The notes under the pieces were generated by a model. That model was not told the origin of the DNA. It ran no database searches and saw only the letters and a program-made list of their open reading frames with translations. The translations under genes were made by a program, and so were the position numbers. 64,000 nucleotides of DNA from the NCBI GenBank assembly GCA_030390025.1, contig CM059430.1, positions 74,338,001-74,402,000 on the forward strand. The letters run 5' to 3'. Below are positions 25,051 through 38,861 of the stretch, in pieces. Source of the DNA: Squalus acanthias (lineage: Eukaryota). Positions within the stretch are counted from its first letter, which is position 1; every line of letters begins with the position of its first letter.

Positions 25051-28000
25051 AGATTTTTTTTTAGGCAGTGTGACTAATTGCATGCCTCTTTATAGAGCCG
25101 GCCCAGGCTCTATGGGCAGCATGTCCTCCATGTGTGCTGCATGATCAGATGATTCTAGATTGCGGAGATCCCAGTAAAGATGTAGGAGCCCTTTCCCTTT
25201 CGGGGGCCCATATCTGTTCCTTCGTTGGAGATCCATGGTAATCACGATCCAATCTTTGCCAGCGTCCACTCCAAAATGCATGCAATACCAGTTTGGACTA
25301 TTAGAACAGGGGGCCGTATCCCGGCATAAAATATAACGATTGAGTCACGTTATTCTGCAGTAAAACTAACGGCGAGGCTAAGAGCGCTCACCTTTATTAA
25401 AGGGTAATTCGAACAGCAACTTCCATATCCGCAGTCAACTGCGTAAATCAGGAAGTTGCTGTCCCAGATGAACTGCTCAGCCAGAAGTTGCGCAATAATA
25501 GTATCTCACGGAACGATTCGCCATTGTAATACATGACGTTTCGGCACTTACCTCATGTATACGCAATAAACTCGCCTGAAAGTGGTAGAGCTTGTGCATT
25601 CCAGTTTAATACTCGTGAAACGTCGTGGTGTGTCTTAATTACTGCCAAAAAACCTCTGGCACTGAAAATTAACTTTAAAAAACGTGGGGTCTAACTCATT
25701 CATATAATTGCTAGAGATATAAAAATGTTGTTTTTCTTTCAGTCTCGTTTTGTCTCTCCCTATCTCTTAATCAAATACCAACGGAAGAGTTCCGGAAAGT
25801 CTGGAAAAAACAGCATAATTTTAATTATTTCTGGATTTGCTGCAGCTATTCTTCCAAAGTTACTGCGGATCATCGGGAGCACCCCCAGAAATTAACACAA
25901 TATAAAACCTCGTCTGCTTCGAAAGTTCTTAACAAGCAGTATGATACTTTTCCAGGATGGCAGTGAATCCAACGGACGCTCCACTCTCACTAAATTAATA
26001 ATTATATAGCTTTTCGGAGTTGGAAGCTGACACAATGCTTATGCGTCATTCTCTGTATTCTGGGAATGTGCCACATGGTTCAGCAGTAGAATTGGCGCAA
26101 GTTGCTCTTCCGTGGGCACATCTATGACTCCATTAAGTTTGAAATAGAATAACTAGAACAATGACAGTTTCACATTTTGATATTTGTCTTTGTTTCATTG
26201 TTTGAGCGTTCCCATTTGATAAGATTCTACTCAAGGGTAAACTAGAAAAAATAAAAGCGCACGAAATTGGACGGGCCGTTATGACATGGGCTACGAATTT
26301 GTTCGGAGGTAGGCGACAGAGACTTGATATAAAGGAAACGTTTGCATATTTGTGGGACGGAACCATAAGTATTCCCCAGAAATCTGTACTGGTATTTTAG
26401 CTTTTCACCATTTACATTAATGACTTGCATGAAGCAACCGAGGGAATAGAGAGTTTGAGAGGACCTGAGCGTCAGCGGGTGGAGGAGCAGCAGCATAACT
26501 AAAGCGGCACAGAAGGACTAGGAGTGAGTGGGCCTGAGCGGCAGCAGTATGTTTACTGGGCGAATTCAAAAACAATGAAAATCAAGGAGTAACGTCTGAA
26601 GGCAGAAGTTAGCTGATTGGTTGTTGAGTATGAGTTTTTCTTGCTTCTAAGCTAGGGAAGTGCATTAAACTAAGAGCTGGGAAACTATAACTTGCTATTA
26701 CTTTATAAAATGAATAACTTAAACTTTTTAAGCTAAGTAATTAATAAAACGAAAATAATCGATTGAATAAAAGCAGTAACTAATTAGTAAATAAAGCAAG
26801 GTGAAATAGAGATGACAGGGCAGGTGGTGTTTCGAAACTACAGCATGCGGGCGTAGATGCAGACCAGTGAGATCCTGAGCAACCACATTTGCAATAAATG
26901 ACTGCAGCTCGAGGAATTGCAGTTCAGCTTTCTGGAGCTGGGATTCGAGTTGCAGACATTGTGATGCATCAGTGAGAGGGTGAGCAATCTGGCCATTTAT
27001 TGCCAGGAGGCAGTCACACCCCTCAGGTTAAGTACTACTTTCAAGTTAGTCAGTGATCAGGGACAGGAGCATGTGCCTGCGAGTCAGGCCGCTATGGGGA
27101 CCCAACATGTAATGATGGAGGAGCTTCAGCCCTTGATATTGTCCAACAGGTGCGTCGCACTTGCTACCAAATCGGATGAGAAAAACGACTGCAGGAAGGA
27201 TCGGCAAACTGACCAAAGCACGGTGGATCAGGGGAGCCATCAAATTGGAGGAGAAAAAAAGGAATGTGGTAGTAGTAGGGACAATTTTGTCATAGGGGGA
27301 TAGATACTGTTCTCTTCAGCCTCAAAATAGTGTCCTAAAGGCTGTGTTGATTGCCAGGTGCCAGGTTTAAGAATATCTCCTCGCGACTGGCAAAGAACCT
27401 GGAGCATGAGGGGGTGGATACAGTTGTCGTGCTCCACGTAGGAACCAACGACATTGGTAGAACTAAGAATGAGATTCTTCTGAGTGAGTTTGAGGAGCGA
27501 GGGTTTAACTTAATAAGTAAAACCTCAAGTGTATTACTACCTGACCCACGCGGAAATTGGCATAGGGCCAAGCAGATCAGAGAGTTAAATGCATGGCTCA
27601 ACGATTGTTGTGGGAGGAAGGGGTTTGTTTCGCGGGACACAGTCACCAGTACTGGGGAAAGAGAGAGGAGTTCCATTGGGGCGGCTCCACTTAATCCGGG
27701 CTGGGAGCAGCGTACTGGCGAATTGAATAACTGGGGCTGTAATCAGGGCTTAAAAGTAAAAAGGGGGGAAGTGTCAGGTGAGAAGAAATTTAGAAATCTG
27801 AAGAGAAAATTGAAGGCAATACAGCAATATAGCGATTTAGGTAAAGATAAGCAGAGTGCGACAGGAAGGAACAGAGAGTTTAACTGTTATAGTACATCAG
27901 TGAATAAGGGTAAATCAGGGAGTAACGGTAAAACAATAAAAATAAAGGTTATTTAACTGAATGCACAAAGCACTGCAAACTAGATTGATGAACTAGTGGC

Positions 28001-28699
28001 ACAAATAGAGATAAATGAGTTTGATCCAATAGCCATTACAGAGACGTAGTTGCAAGCTGACCAAGATTGATAAATAATTATTCCAGGATACTTAACGTTT
28101 CGAAAAGAGAGGCAGATTGGAAAAAGAGTGGGGTAGCCCTGATAATACAGGATCGCATAAGGACAGTAGTGAGAAACGATCCTGGCTTGGAAAATCAGGA
28201 AGTACAATCAGTGTGAGTGGAGATGAGGAAAACATGGGCCAGAAAACACGATTGATAGCAGATTATAAGCCCCCTAACATTAGTTCTGTCTTTGGACAGA
28301 GTATTAATCTGCAAATAATAGGAGCTGGTAACAAAGATAATACCTTTGGTGGACTTTAATCGTTATACAGACTGGACAAATCAAATTGGCGAAGATCGTC
28401 TGGAGGATGAGTTTTTGGAATGCATTCGAGATAGTTGCCGAGAACAATGCGTCATGGAGCAAACCCGGGAACAGGCTATTTTAGAGCTTATATTGTGAAA
28501 TGAGACAGAGATAATTAGTAACCTCACGGTAAAGGATCCACTGGGGCAGAGTGATCATAATATGATAGAATTTCACGTTCATTTTAAGAGTGACATATTT
28601 AAGTCTGAAACATGAGTCTTAAACTTAAATCAAGCGATATCGGTATGAGGGGCGAGTTGGCTAAGGTAGATTTGGAAAAAAACTTAATAAGTGTGATAA

Positions 28700-29640
28700 C
28701 AATAGAAAAGGCTATTTTCAGCATTCCGTAGGGACCGCTCCCTCCGCGACACCCAGTACCTCTTCCCCTTAACCCGGCATCTTCCCGTGCAAGCGCAGGA
28801 GATGCAACACATGCCCTTATACCTCCCCCCTTCCCACACTTCAGGGCCCCAAACATACCTTCCAGGTGAAACAGCGACTTACTTGTACTTCTTGCAATTT
28901 AGTATACTGTATTCGCTGCTCACGATGCATTCTCCTCTACATTGGGGATACCAAACGCAGATTGGGTGACCGCTTTGCCGAACATCTCTGTTCAGTCGGT
29001 AAGGATGACCCCGAGCTTCCGGTCGCCTGTCACTTAAATTCACCACTCCATTCACACTCAGACCTCACAGTTCTCGGCCTCTTGCATTGTTCCACGGAAG
29101 CTCAGCTTAAGCTCGAGGAACAACACCTCATCTTTCGATTAGTCACTTTACAACCCTCTTGACTCATCATAGAGTTCTACAATTTCAGATCATAACCTCG
29201 GCCCCTTCACATATATATATATTTTATCCGCACTTTTTGTTTGTGCCTTTTTTTTTCTCTTCCCTCCCACAAGGCAGCTGTCTTTCATTCTGCCAGCGCA
29301 ATTCACACTTCATCTAGAGCCACCCTTTGTTTATTAACCTGTCCCATTACCATCTCCTCTTGCCTTGAATATCTCTTAATGCCTCTTTACTTCTCCTGCC
29401 TTCCATCCTATCACAGACCTTCCCATTTGTTCTTTCATCCCCTCCCCCATTTCCCAGCCCCTAAACTTGCTTTAAAATCCGTTCCATTTCTTGCTTTTTT
29501 CCAGTTCTGAAGAAAGGTCTTCGACCTGAAACGTTCACTCTGTTTCTCTCTCCACGGATGCTGCCTGGCCTGCTCAGTTTTTCCAGCGTTTTCTGGTTTT
29601 ATTTCAGATTTCCAGCATCCGCAGTATTTTGCTATTGTAT
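28700..29640 (+). mobile_element. Penelope-like element nested in the CR1
   Basis: NLVYCIRCSRCILLYIGDTKRRLGDRFAEH (GIY-YIG); same family as 14315-14974; direct repeat AATAAGTGTGAT near 28686 and 29642. Confidence 0.9.
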
Positions 29641-30497
29641 CAATAAGTGTGATGGTAGATAAGCAGTGGCAAACATTTAAATAAATATTTCAAAATTCTC
29701 AACGAATTTACATTCCAGTGTGAAACAAAAATTCCACGGGGATTGTGATTCACGCGTGGCTAACTTAAGAAATGAAGGACATTATTACATTAAAAGAAGA
29801 CACTTATAATGTTGCGAAGGATAGTAGTACGCCTGGTGATTGGGAGAGTTTTAGAAATCAGCCAACAATGACCCAAAAAATGCTTAAAAAAAGGGGGAAA
29901 AAGCATATGGGAATAAAATAGCAAGAAATATAAAAAACAGACTGCAAGAGCTTGTACAAGTATGTAAAAAGGAAGAGAGTAGCAAAATGAAACATTGGCC
30001 CCTTCGCGTATTTGACTGGAGAAATTATAATGGGGAAATTATAATGTGGAATAGGGAAATGGCAAAGAAGTTAACCAAATATTTTATATCTGTCTTCACA
30101 GTAGAAGACACAAAAAAGCATACCAAATCTAGCGTGGATCCAAGGGGCTATTGGGAGGGAGAAACTTAATGTAATTTATATCAGTAGAGATAAAGTACTA
30201 GAGAAACTAGTGGCACTAAAAGCTGACAAATCCCATTGGCCTGATGGCCTCCAATCTAGGGTTCTAAACGAGGTGGCTGCAGAGATAGTGGATGCATTGG
30301 TTGCGATATTCCAAAATTCCCTAGATTCTAGAATCGTCCCAGAGCTTTGGAAGGTAGCAAATGTAACATCGCTGTTCAAGAAAGGAGGGAGAGAGAAAGC
30401 ATGGAATAACAAGTCAGTTCGCCTCACATCAATCATTGGCAAATTGCTGGAATCCATTATTAAAGAGGTGGTGACAGGGCACTTAGAAAATCAGATT

Positions 30498-31070
30498 GGC
30501 CCGTAATTTCCGATGCCTGCTATCGGGAAAAAAATCTACGACCTTATCTGAGGGCTCCAGAGGTATTGCCATTTCCGATCCTGGGCCTCTTCAAGTACGA
30601 AATGCGCAGGGCCCACGTATCCCAGGTGCGCATGCTGTCCGCAAGCGTCCATGGGATCACGTGGGCCATGGGGAACCAATAGGAGAAGGGAATCCACCTT
30701 CATACTTTTGAAAGAGACACCTGTCAAGAGTACGAATGGGGATCACTGAAAAAATATATCAAAACAATAAAGTAATTAAAGTTTTTTACGGAGCTAAATA
30801 TAAACTTACCTTTTAAAAAAATATGTTTAAATTATAAATGAGTGAAAAAAAATTGTTTTTTCCCTTTTTTAAACTCTTATGCTTGTAAAAGCAGGCCCTA
30901 CCCCTGCTTTTCCGAGGTGTAAGATTTTTAAGTGATTTCATTGGGCAGAGGTTCTGCAGAAAGCTGAACTCTCCACCCGCAGAGGCCCTTCTCCATGGCA
31001 GGCGTCCGATCTGTCAAGAGGATTCTTGACAGATCGGAAATGCCGGTTTTTCAGCGCATGCGCTTCGGAT
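30498..31070 (+). mobile_element. Harbinger-like MITE nested in the CR1 (right end incomplete)
   Basis: Begins GGCCCGTAATTTCCGAT and shares arms with the 42810 copy; interrupts CR1 ORF2. Confidence 0.75.
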
Positions 31071-32324
31071 ATAAGTGCCAATATCATTAAACAGAGTCAA
31101 CATCGTTTTCTGAAAGGGGAATCATGTTTGACAAATGTATTAAAGATTTTTTGAGTATGTAACTAGCAGGGTAGATAAAGGGGAACTAGTGGATGTAGTA
31201 TATTTCGATTTCCAAAAAACAAAAAAGGTTGCTACACAAGATAAAGGCTCTTGAGATTCGGTGTAATACGTTAGCATGGATAGAAGACTGGTTAACTGAC
31301 AGAAACCAGGTAATAGGGAAAAATGGTTCCTTTTCAGCTTGACTGGCTTTACTGAGTGACGTGCCACAAGAATAGCTGCTGGGGTCTCAACTATTAACAA
31401 TCTATACTAATGACTTAGATTAAGGGACCGAGTGCAATGTATCCAGGTTTGTTGATGATACAAAGCTATGTGGGACAAAGCTGTCGGAGGACATAAAGAG
31501 TCTGCAAAGGGATATAGGCAGGTTAAGTGATTGGGCAATAAGATGGCAGATGGAGTATAATGTGGGGAAATGTGAGTTTATTCACTTTGGTAGGAAGAAA
31601 TGAAAAATATTACCTTTTTAAATTGTGCTCAGAGAGATTTGGGTGTCCGTATACAAGAAATAAAGGAAGTTAGCATGCAGGTACAGCAAGCAATTAGGAA
31701 GACAAATGGCATGTTGGCTTTTATTGCAAGGTGGTTGGAGTGCAAGAGTAAGGAGGTCTTGCTATAATTGTATAGTGATTTGTTAAGGCCAATCCTGGCA
31801 CAGTTTTGGTCTCCTCATCCAAGCAAAAATATACTTGTCTTAGAGGCGGTGCAACGAAGGTTCACTAGGTTGATTCCTGGGATGAGAGGGTTGTCCTAGG
31901 AAGGGAGATTGAGTAGAATGGGCCTATATTCTCTGGAGTTGAAAAGAAAGTGAGGTGACCTCATTGGAACATAGAAGACTCTGTAGGCGCTTGACAGGGT
32001 AGGGTTGTTACTCCTGGCTGGAGTGTCTAGAACTAGGGGCACAGTCTCAGGATAAGTGGGTCAGCCATTTGAAACTGAGATGATGAGAAATTTCGTTACT
32101 CAGAAGGTTGTGCGTCTTTGTAATTCTCTACCCCACAGAGCTGTGACTGCTTAGGTGTTGAGTATATTCAAGGATGAGATAGGTAGATTTTTGACTCTAG
32201 GGGAAATCAAGGGGTGTGGGGATCGGGTGGGAAAATGGAGTTGAGGTCGACGATCAGCCATGATCTTATTGAATGGCAGAGAAGGCTCGAGGGGCCTTAT
32301 GGCCTACACTTGCTCTTATTTAAT

Positions 32325-32980
32325 GGGGCTGAATTTGTGGTCGGAGGCTTCCCGCGGGCGGAGGCTTCCCGCAGGTGGATATCTCCGACCAGTAAAAAAT
32401 CTACAAACTTTCCTTCTGCCTCGGGATCCAAGGAGACTTGCGCTCCTGGGCCTCTATGCGTAGGTCTGCGTAGTGATCCTAGGGGCGCTAGCGAACCGCA
32501 TGTGTCACTGGGATAATTGGGACAGTCCAACCAATCAAAGACGAGAATCCCCATCCATGCTCACAGAGATTCCTTATGTACGGAAACTCCATAAGCATGA
32601 ATGGGGATGACATAAAAATTCATTTAACATTACAAATTTAAAAAAAAATACATATATAAAATGAATTTAGCTACACTATAATTAAACAGTTAAAGCTAAA
32701 ATTTAACGTCTTGAACATTTAATTTAAATGTTTTAAAGCGGTTAAAAATAACCTTTTTATTGTACATGTGTTTCAATGTTTGAATGAATGAAAAAAAATA
32801 TTTTTTTAAAAAACTGTTTCGCCTGCTTTTACCAGGTGTAAGAATTTCACAGGCATTCACCATAACTCTCCACCCGCAGGGGCCCTTTACCGGAAAATGT
32901 GGCCTCGCATGCCTAAACCTGAAATTTGCGCGGCCGCTGAGGGCGTGTACACACCCGTAGGTTCCCGCAAATTATGGCCC
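32325..32980 (+). mobile_element. Harbinger-like MITE
   Basis: TIRs GGGGCTGAATTTG / CAAATTATGGCCC; same arm and AT-core layout as the other copies. Confidence 0.7.
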
Positions 32981-34499
32981 CTTATTTTTAATGATACTAG
33001 CTTTTTAATTTCTGATTTATTCAATAGCTTCAACTGTTGTGGGGGGATCTGAACTCATAGTTTAATTGCATAATTAGGCTAGGACTCTGGATTTACTAGT
33101 CCAAGTAACATGTCCCAGTTGCTACCTGCAAGACACGCCTGAACCACGGACTTTTACCTCCACCTGCTGTATTTTGAAGGTAACCGCATATCTGTTTATA
33201 TAAACATTGAAACAGAGCCAGTCTTAGAAAATTAATTTTCTAACTAGTTATGTTAGTTGATACAAAAATACGACTGGTTTGGCTCCACCAATAGCTTATT
33301 TCACTTTGCATAATCAGGGACTTGAAATTGAGATTGAGGATAACAATGTACGCCTCCTTCAGACTTGAATACAGTGTTTTTCGTAAGGTTCATGCTGTAA
33401 AAGGCAACCCGTAGGAGGAATGAGTGGAATGGGAAACTGGAGGACCTCAAATTTTAATGCTGCAGTTGATGCTTCCACATAAAATATTCACTCATCACCA
33501 ACTGGTTAATCCAAAATTTCAGAAAGCATTTTTGCAATGTAATACTCCTGCCATGAAGTCCAACAAGGTACTCTATGGAGATTTGTTTGCTCATTTGTCC
33601 GGGTTGACTTTTTGTTACAACTCTGTTTCCTGTCTTGGTCCGAGATTTCAGTACACAAGTTTAAGAAGCAATTTGATGAATACAGCATTCTTCGATTAGG
33701 TTCAGTGCCCGTTCCGTTCAGTCTTGCTTTTCTGACCGGCATTTTAGGCACATTACTGAAGCTCTGCAAGCTTCACCATCAGGAAAACCATACCATGCAA
33801 CGTGGCACATTGATAGAGTGTTTAGAGAGGACGGTAGCATCACACGTTGCTTGAATTGGTATATCTCAATTGGACTGGCAGTTGTCAGTTTAGATTTCCG
33901 ACATGGTTTCATGGGTCTCACAAGAACTATATCCAAATCTATGGATCATATTGCACGTTTTGGTGATAATAGTAGTAAATGTCTAACATCAGGCATCATG
34001 GGTAAATTAATGCAGACAAAATCAATGCATGCTACTGGGCATGTAGATATAATGTATTTCTGCAGACACAGGAGGGGACATCCTTGAAAAGTCCACTCAG
34101 GCATGGCTGTTAGCTTAGATAGCAGAAGTCTGGATAGCTGTGTCAGCTTACCGTTAACCATAATGAAAGCTAAATTAAAAACTAACAAAGTACGATTTTA
34201 AGGTATCAACATAATTAACAGAATGTAAAGACACTTTCGAGTATATTCTTATTTAGAGTAGTAACATTGTTTAATAGTGGGCATAAACGTTAATGCGTCC
34301 TAGTTGAATGTGGGCAGCTTTCTATGAAGAAAACGGAGGTAAAGCGCAGGTCATAATAGGTTCATTCAACGGACTGACTGCTTCTAAGTATATAGACTAT
34401 CTCACTTGCTTACTTACAATGACTGATTATTCTTATTTCTGAATAAATTGATAAAGAAGCTATCTGTGGAATATCGGGCTATTAATTCAAGAGTTGATC

Positions 34500-35520
34500 T
34501 AGTGAATTCTTGCAATGATGAGCCAGCCAGGAGTGTAAACCTTCTTACCAGTCTTTAGAGCGGCCAACCCTGGTAAGCAGAAGCCCAATCATATGTCATT
34601 AAAGTTGAGTTAAATTGATAAGGTAAGTGAACATGTGGATAACTTTTTGTGTCGACATGGGGATCAGTCCTGCGGGTCGAATCACACTAGGCATCGAAAA
34701 ACACGATCAATGCCATCGCTGGGTATCTGGAGGGTTTTCTTTTTGATCAAAAGAAAACATAAGAAGAATGTTAAGTCAGCTATGATTCTGGATCTAAACT
34801 TGGGGCTACAGCACTTGCACGATCATAAATAATGCCATTCAGGAAAATATCGGCCTGGAAAGCGAATATAAAGGACATGAAAAGAAGTTTAAACAGTTAC
34901 AGCAGCAATATGTGCATGAACGTAAAGATAAGAAATAGAACAATAAGCATCCGGAGTGGTCTGCTCGGAAGCTCTACTTAAGCTCTCTGTAGACAGGGGC
35001 CGTCTACAAAATGAAAATGAGGTAGTACAGATTCAGAGTTCAGAGGAATACAATGAAGAATTGATATGTATAGTCGGTCAGACTGTACGATAACTGATGG
35101 AATCTGATCCCACCACCAACCCCGAGTCGCAGTCTTGTGGAAGCACATCAGCACACGAGGAACGAAAGTGGTACTTCTATGACGCACTATCACAGAGTGG
35201 CGTCTGGTCTCTTAGCACCTCAACAATAACATTTTAATTCTCATTTTCAAATCTCTACACGGCTCACCCCTCCCTAGCTCTGTAAACTGCTCCAACCCTA
35301 GACAATCTTCTGTGAAATCAGTTCCTCCAACACAGGAATTACCTCCGAAAACCTTTCCACACGCCCTCCTATGTCTACTCCTTTAAAACTATTTTAAAAC
35401 CAACGTCTTTCAACAAGATTTTAGTCACCCCTCCTAATGTTTCCTTTGCTTTATTGTTGATTATTTTCCGGTTCCCTTTTGGTGAAGCGCCTTGGACGTT
35501 TGCTCGACGCTACAGGTACA
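34500..35520 (+). mobile_element. Very old LINE remnants ending in an L2-like 3' end
   Basis: Faint ORF2-like motifs and a GTGAAGCGCCTTGG-type 3' end; heavily decayed. Confidence 0.4.
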
Positions 35521-35929
35521 GGGCAAATAAGGATGAGAAATAAATGCTGGCCTTGCCAGCGACGCCCAGATCCCATACACGAATAATAAAAAAAATGGCA
35601 ATTTGTTGTCGCTAACTTTGTATTGCCATTCCCAGATAACTGGAGATTTCGTCAAAATGTGTTTGTCGAAGCTATGGGCAGATGATTGGAAGCTGCTTCT
35701 GCTGCAGCATTAGTATCCTGACTTCCCTCCAGGGAACGTCACCGAAGTGTGTTTTCCATTGGGAAACCTATTATCCATATATTGTGAAGGTGTGACAAAT
35801 GGTATCGTCAGAAGACTTGATATAAATTATCCGCTTAAAAAAGTTCTAGCAGAAAAGGGAACAATAAACTAAACAAAACAGATAGCAAATAGCCAACAAA
35901 GTTGCTACAAAAATGTATTTGAGAAAAAT

Positions 35930-36680
35930 TGAATATAGGAACTTGATTTGGCCACTTCGCGACTCAAGTCTGTTCCGCCATTCAAATCGACCATGACTTA
36001 TCTGAATCTCATCTTAATTTACCCGCCTTGGTTTCGTATCCCTTAATATTGTTACCTAAGAAAAACCTATCAATCTCAATATCGACATTTTTAATTGACC
36101 TAGCCTGAACAGTTTTTTGAGGGAGAGAGATCCAGATTTCCACTACCCTGTGTGTGAACAAGTGCTCCTGGCTTCACTCCTGAACGGTCTAGCTCTAATT
36201 TTAGCTTAGGCACCTTGTTTTGAAGCCTCCCATCAGAAGAAGTAGATTCTCTGAATCATCTTAAACTGCTCGATTAGACCACCCATTAAACATCTATACT
36301 CAAGGGAATACAAGCCTCGTATCTGTAACCTGTTCTTCTAATTAACACTTTTTTTCCGGTATAATTCTGATGAATCTCTGCTGCATCCCTTCCAAGGCCA
36401 GTACAGCCTTCCCGAGGTACGGTGCTTCGAAGTAAATGTAGTACTCCAGATGCTGTCTAATAACTGCAGCAAATGTCCACCCCTTGTATTTCAGCTCGAT
36501 TCAGCTGAATGTTAAACCATCTATTAGCCGTTTTAATGATTTTGTACCTATACAGTAGCTTCTAATGATCTCTGTACATGGCTCCATAAATTTCTCTGTT
36601 CCTCTACAGTTCCTAGCTTTTCACCATTTATAAAAAATTCTGATTTATCTTTCTCACGGCCAAATTGGATGACCTTACAG
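35930..36680 (-). mobile_element. CR1 LINE 3' fragment
   Basis: Reverse complement of a CR1 3' UTR and the end of ORF2. Confidence 0.75.
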
Positions 36681-38162
36681 CTCCAGTATATAACAATTTA
36701 GCGTCACTTCTGTAAACCGGAAACTTCAGTGGCCGTGGACTGTCATTTTCAAGAATAGTTCTGCACCGGCATTAATGCAATAATATTGAATAATTATCTA
36801 ATTTACTTCATATATAATTAACTTTGATATGATTCAGTGAAAACTGATGGATGCTTCAAGTGTCTTGGCAAAATCTGTTGGAAAACTGGACGGTACAAAA
36901 AACAGGCCAGACATTTAGTACAAGATAACTACTACGTTTTTCTAATTCCTTTCACTCACTTTTTGCTCAATTAATGATACGTAACCCTTTGCAAAGTTAA
37001 CCCTATTGGCAGCTATTTTTCATACCTGGTTTAACGTGCAATCATATAATGAAACAACAAATTATTTTGAATTAGTTAATGGAAGTTTAGTATATTAATA
37101 ACAATGGATCGAGTAATTGAATGGAGAAAAATTATTTGAACATTTTCTGTAAAATACTGAATAACTGGCTTAAAATTGATGCAGAATGGTGCATACATAA
37201 CATAATTTAGTTGCATTACGCCGAAGATGGAAATCTACTGCTTCGTGCAAAGATGAGTAACTGGCTAACGTCGAATATATAAAATTCTTATTGCGGGTTT
37301 ATCTATGCAAGTTAATGATGGAATTTCATCACCAAGAGTACAAATATGAGAAGCACTTCGGGAATTTTCAAAATTTCTTAGAAGTGTAGATCAATATATA
37401 GTTGAGAAACTGGCCCTGATTATTCCTTAAGTCAGTGCTAGCCGTTCAATATATATAGAAACGTTGGAAATCACTTTGTGTTATTGTTGTTTCTCGCAAC
37501 TCAGGTCTTGTCTCCTAAACCCAGGTATTTCTTTAAAAAAATGACTGGCATTCTGCAGTATATTGGAATTCAAGCACTCAGTCATATAATTCATTAAGTA
37601 ATGATTCTACTTTTTTCTTGTGAAAACAAATGATTATTACACTTCCTTGATCTAGGCAAGAGAGATGCTTAACACAAAATAACCAGCACAGGATGAATAT
37701 TAAACTCTTGATATCAGAACCTACACGTGCTGTCATATATTATGAGTCTATGTCAACATTTTTACTAACATTCTACAGGGACGGAGGACCGTTGGGCCTC
37801 TTGCCAGTGACTCGTCTACCTGCCTGGCTCGTGTGTATTGATTTTTGTGAACCCGAATGTGCAGCCATAAGAAGCATACTTCAAAATAACAACGGAGAAA
37901 TATTTACGCCTTAGTGTTTGTTAATTTTCAGAACACACAGTTGTCTGAAATTAATTTTATTCCAAAAATTAAGTGAACGTCTCAAAATGATAATGTTGCA
38001 GCAGGAAAGAAAGCTGCTCCGGGCCATGAAATAAAAGTGTCAGTTTTCTGGTGTTGAACAATGCTGGAAGAATATAAAGATGTATATATTCTTTTGATTT
38101 ATATGTGCTTCTTCATTCTGGTAGCAATATTTCTTCCCCTGCTCATCCTGATGAATACGCTG

Positions 38163-38280
38163 TTAAAACGACACTTAAATGAGTGCTTTTTCTGAGTACT
38201 TACGTGGATTGTCCACGAGGTCAAGTCCGGCGAAATGTCACAGCCGAGGGGGAGGCGAGGCGGGGGTAATTGAGTTTTAG
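38163..38280 (-). other. Structured 3' end of the R2 3' UTR
   Basis: TCAATTACC...GGACTTGACC-TCGTGGACAATCCACG-...AGAAAAAGCAC; contains a CGTGG/CCACG hairpin and resembles vertebrate R2 3' UTR ends as recalled from memory. Confidence 0.55.
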
Positions 38281-38861
38281 GATAGTATAGGCGGCTATGA
38301 CTATGTTTTTTCTAAAATGTTGTCCCTCAAACTGTCACCAAGCTTTGGGATACACCCACCTGCAGCGAAATGCCGGATCTATAGTTCTGACAGTTATTTG
38401 GCAGTGTTTGCCTTATTACCTGTCATCATTTGAAACTTGCAATTCATTATTAACATTACAGATGTGGCTAACACGTATTCTAACTTATACATTACAGATA
38501 GCGGGAGAAATTCGGTATCTCCCCGTTTGGGGCGCAATTATTGGCCGGGCACAATGTTTAGTGCCTGGCGCTTATTATCACCTCCGACTGCAAACCTGGC
38601 TTTTCTCGCCCCTGGAGGTGATTGGAGCGATAAATCAGGCGCTGCACACCTGTTTTAAGGTGCAAAAGCCAAAGAGCGAGGCGCTAACTCTGCGCCCGGG
38701 TGCAGCGCAGGTGATCTCAGTTAGCGATGGAATACAGACACACTGGCGCCGGCCAGTTCTTAAAGGGGAGGGTCAATCTTGATCTGCAGCCATACCCTGC
38801 TCTTTAGAGCCTTGAATCTCGGCCTGGAGAGACCTGTGCCTACATTTTCCAGCCAAAGACC

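Larger units (their letters stand above)
26440..32320 (+). mobile_element. Near full-length CR1 LINE (ORF1 with SGNH esterase, ORF2 APE-RT), decayed, with nested insertions
   Basis: ORF1 PGAR...VVLHVGTNDIG esterase motif (27351-27956); ORF2 motifs from about 27950 to 32150; 3' UTR to about 32320. Confidence 0.9.

Noticed and set aside
33300-34190. Cluster of short ORFs on both strands
   Set aside because: No recognisable motif and stops in all frames.
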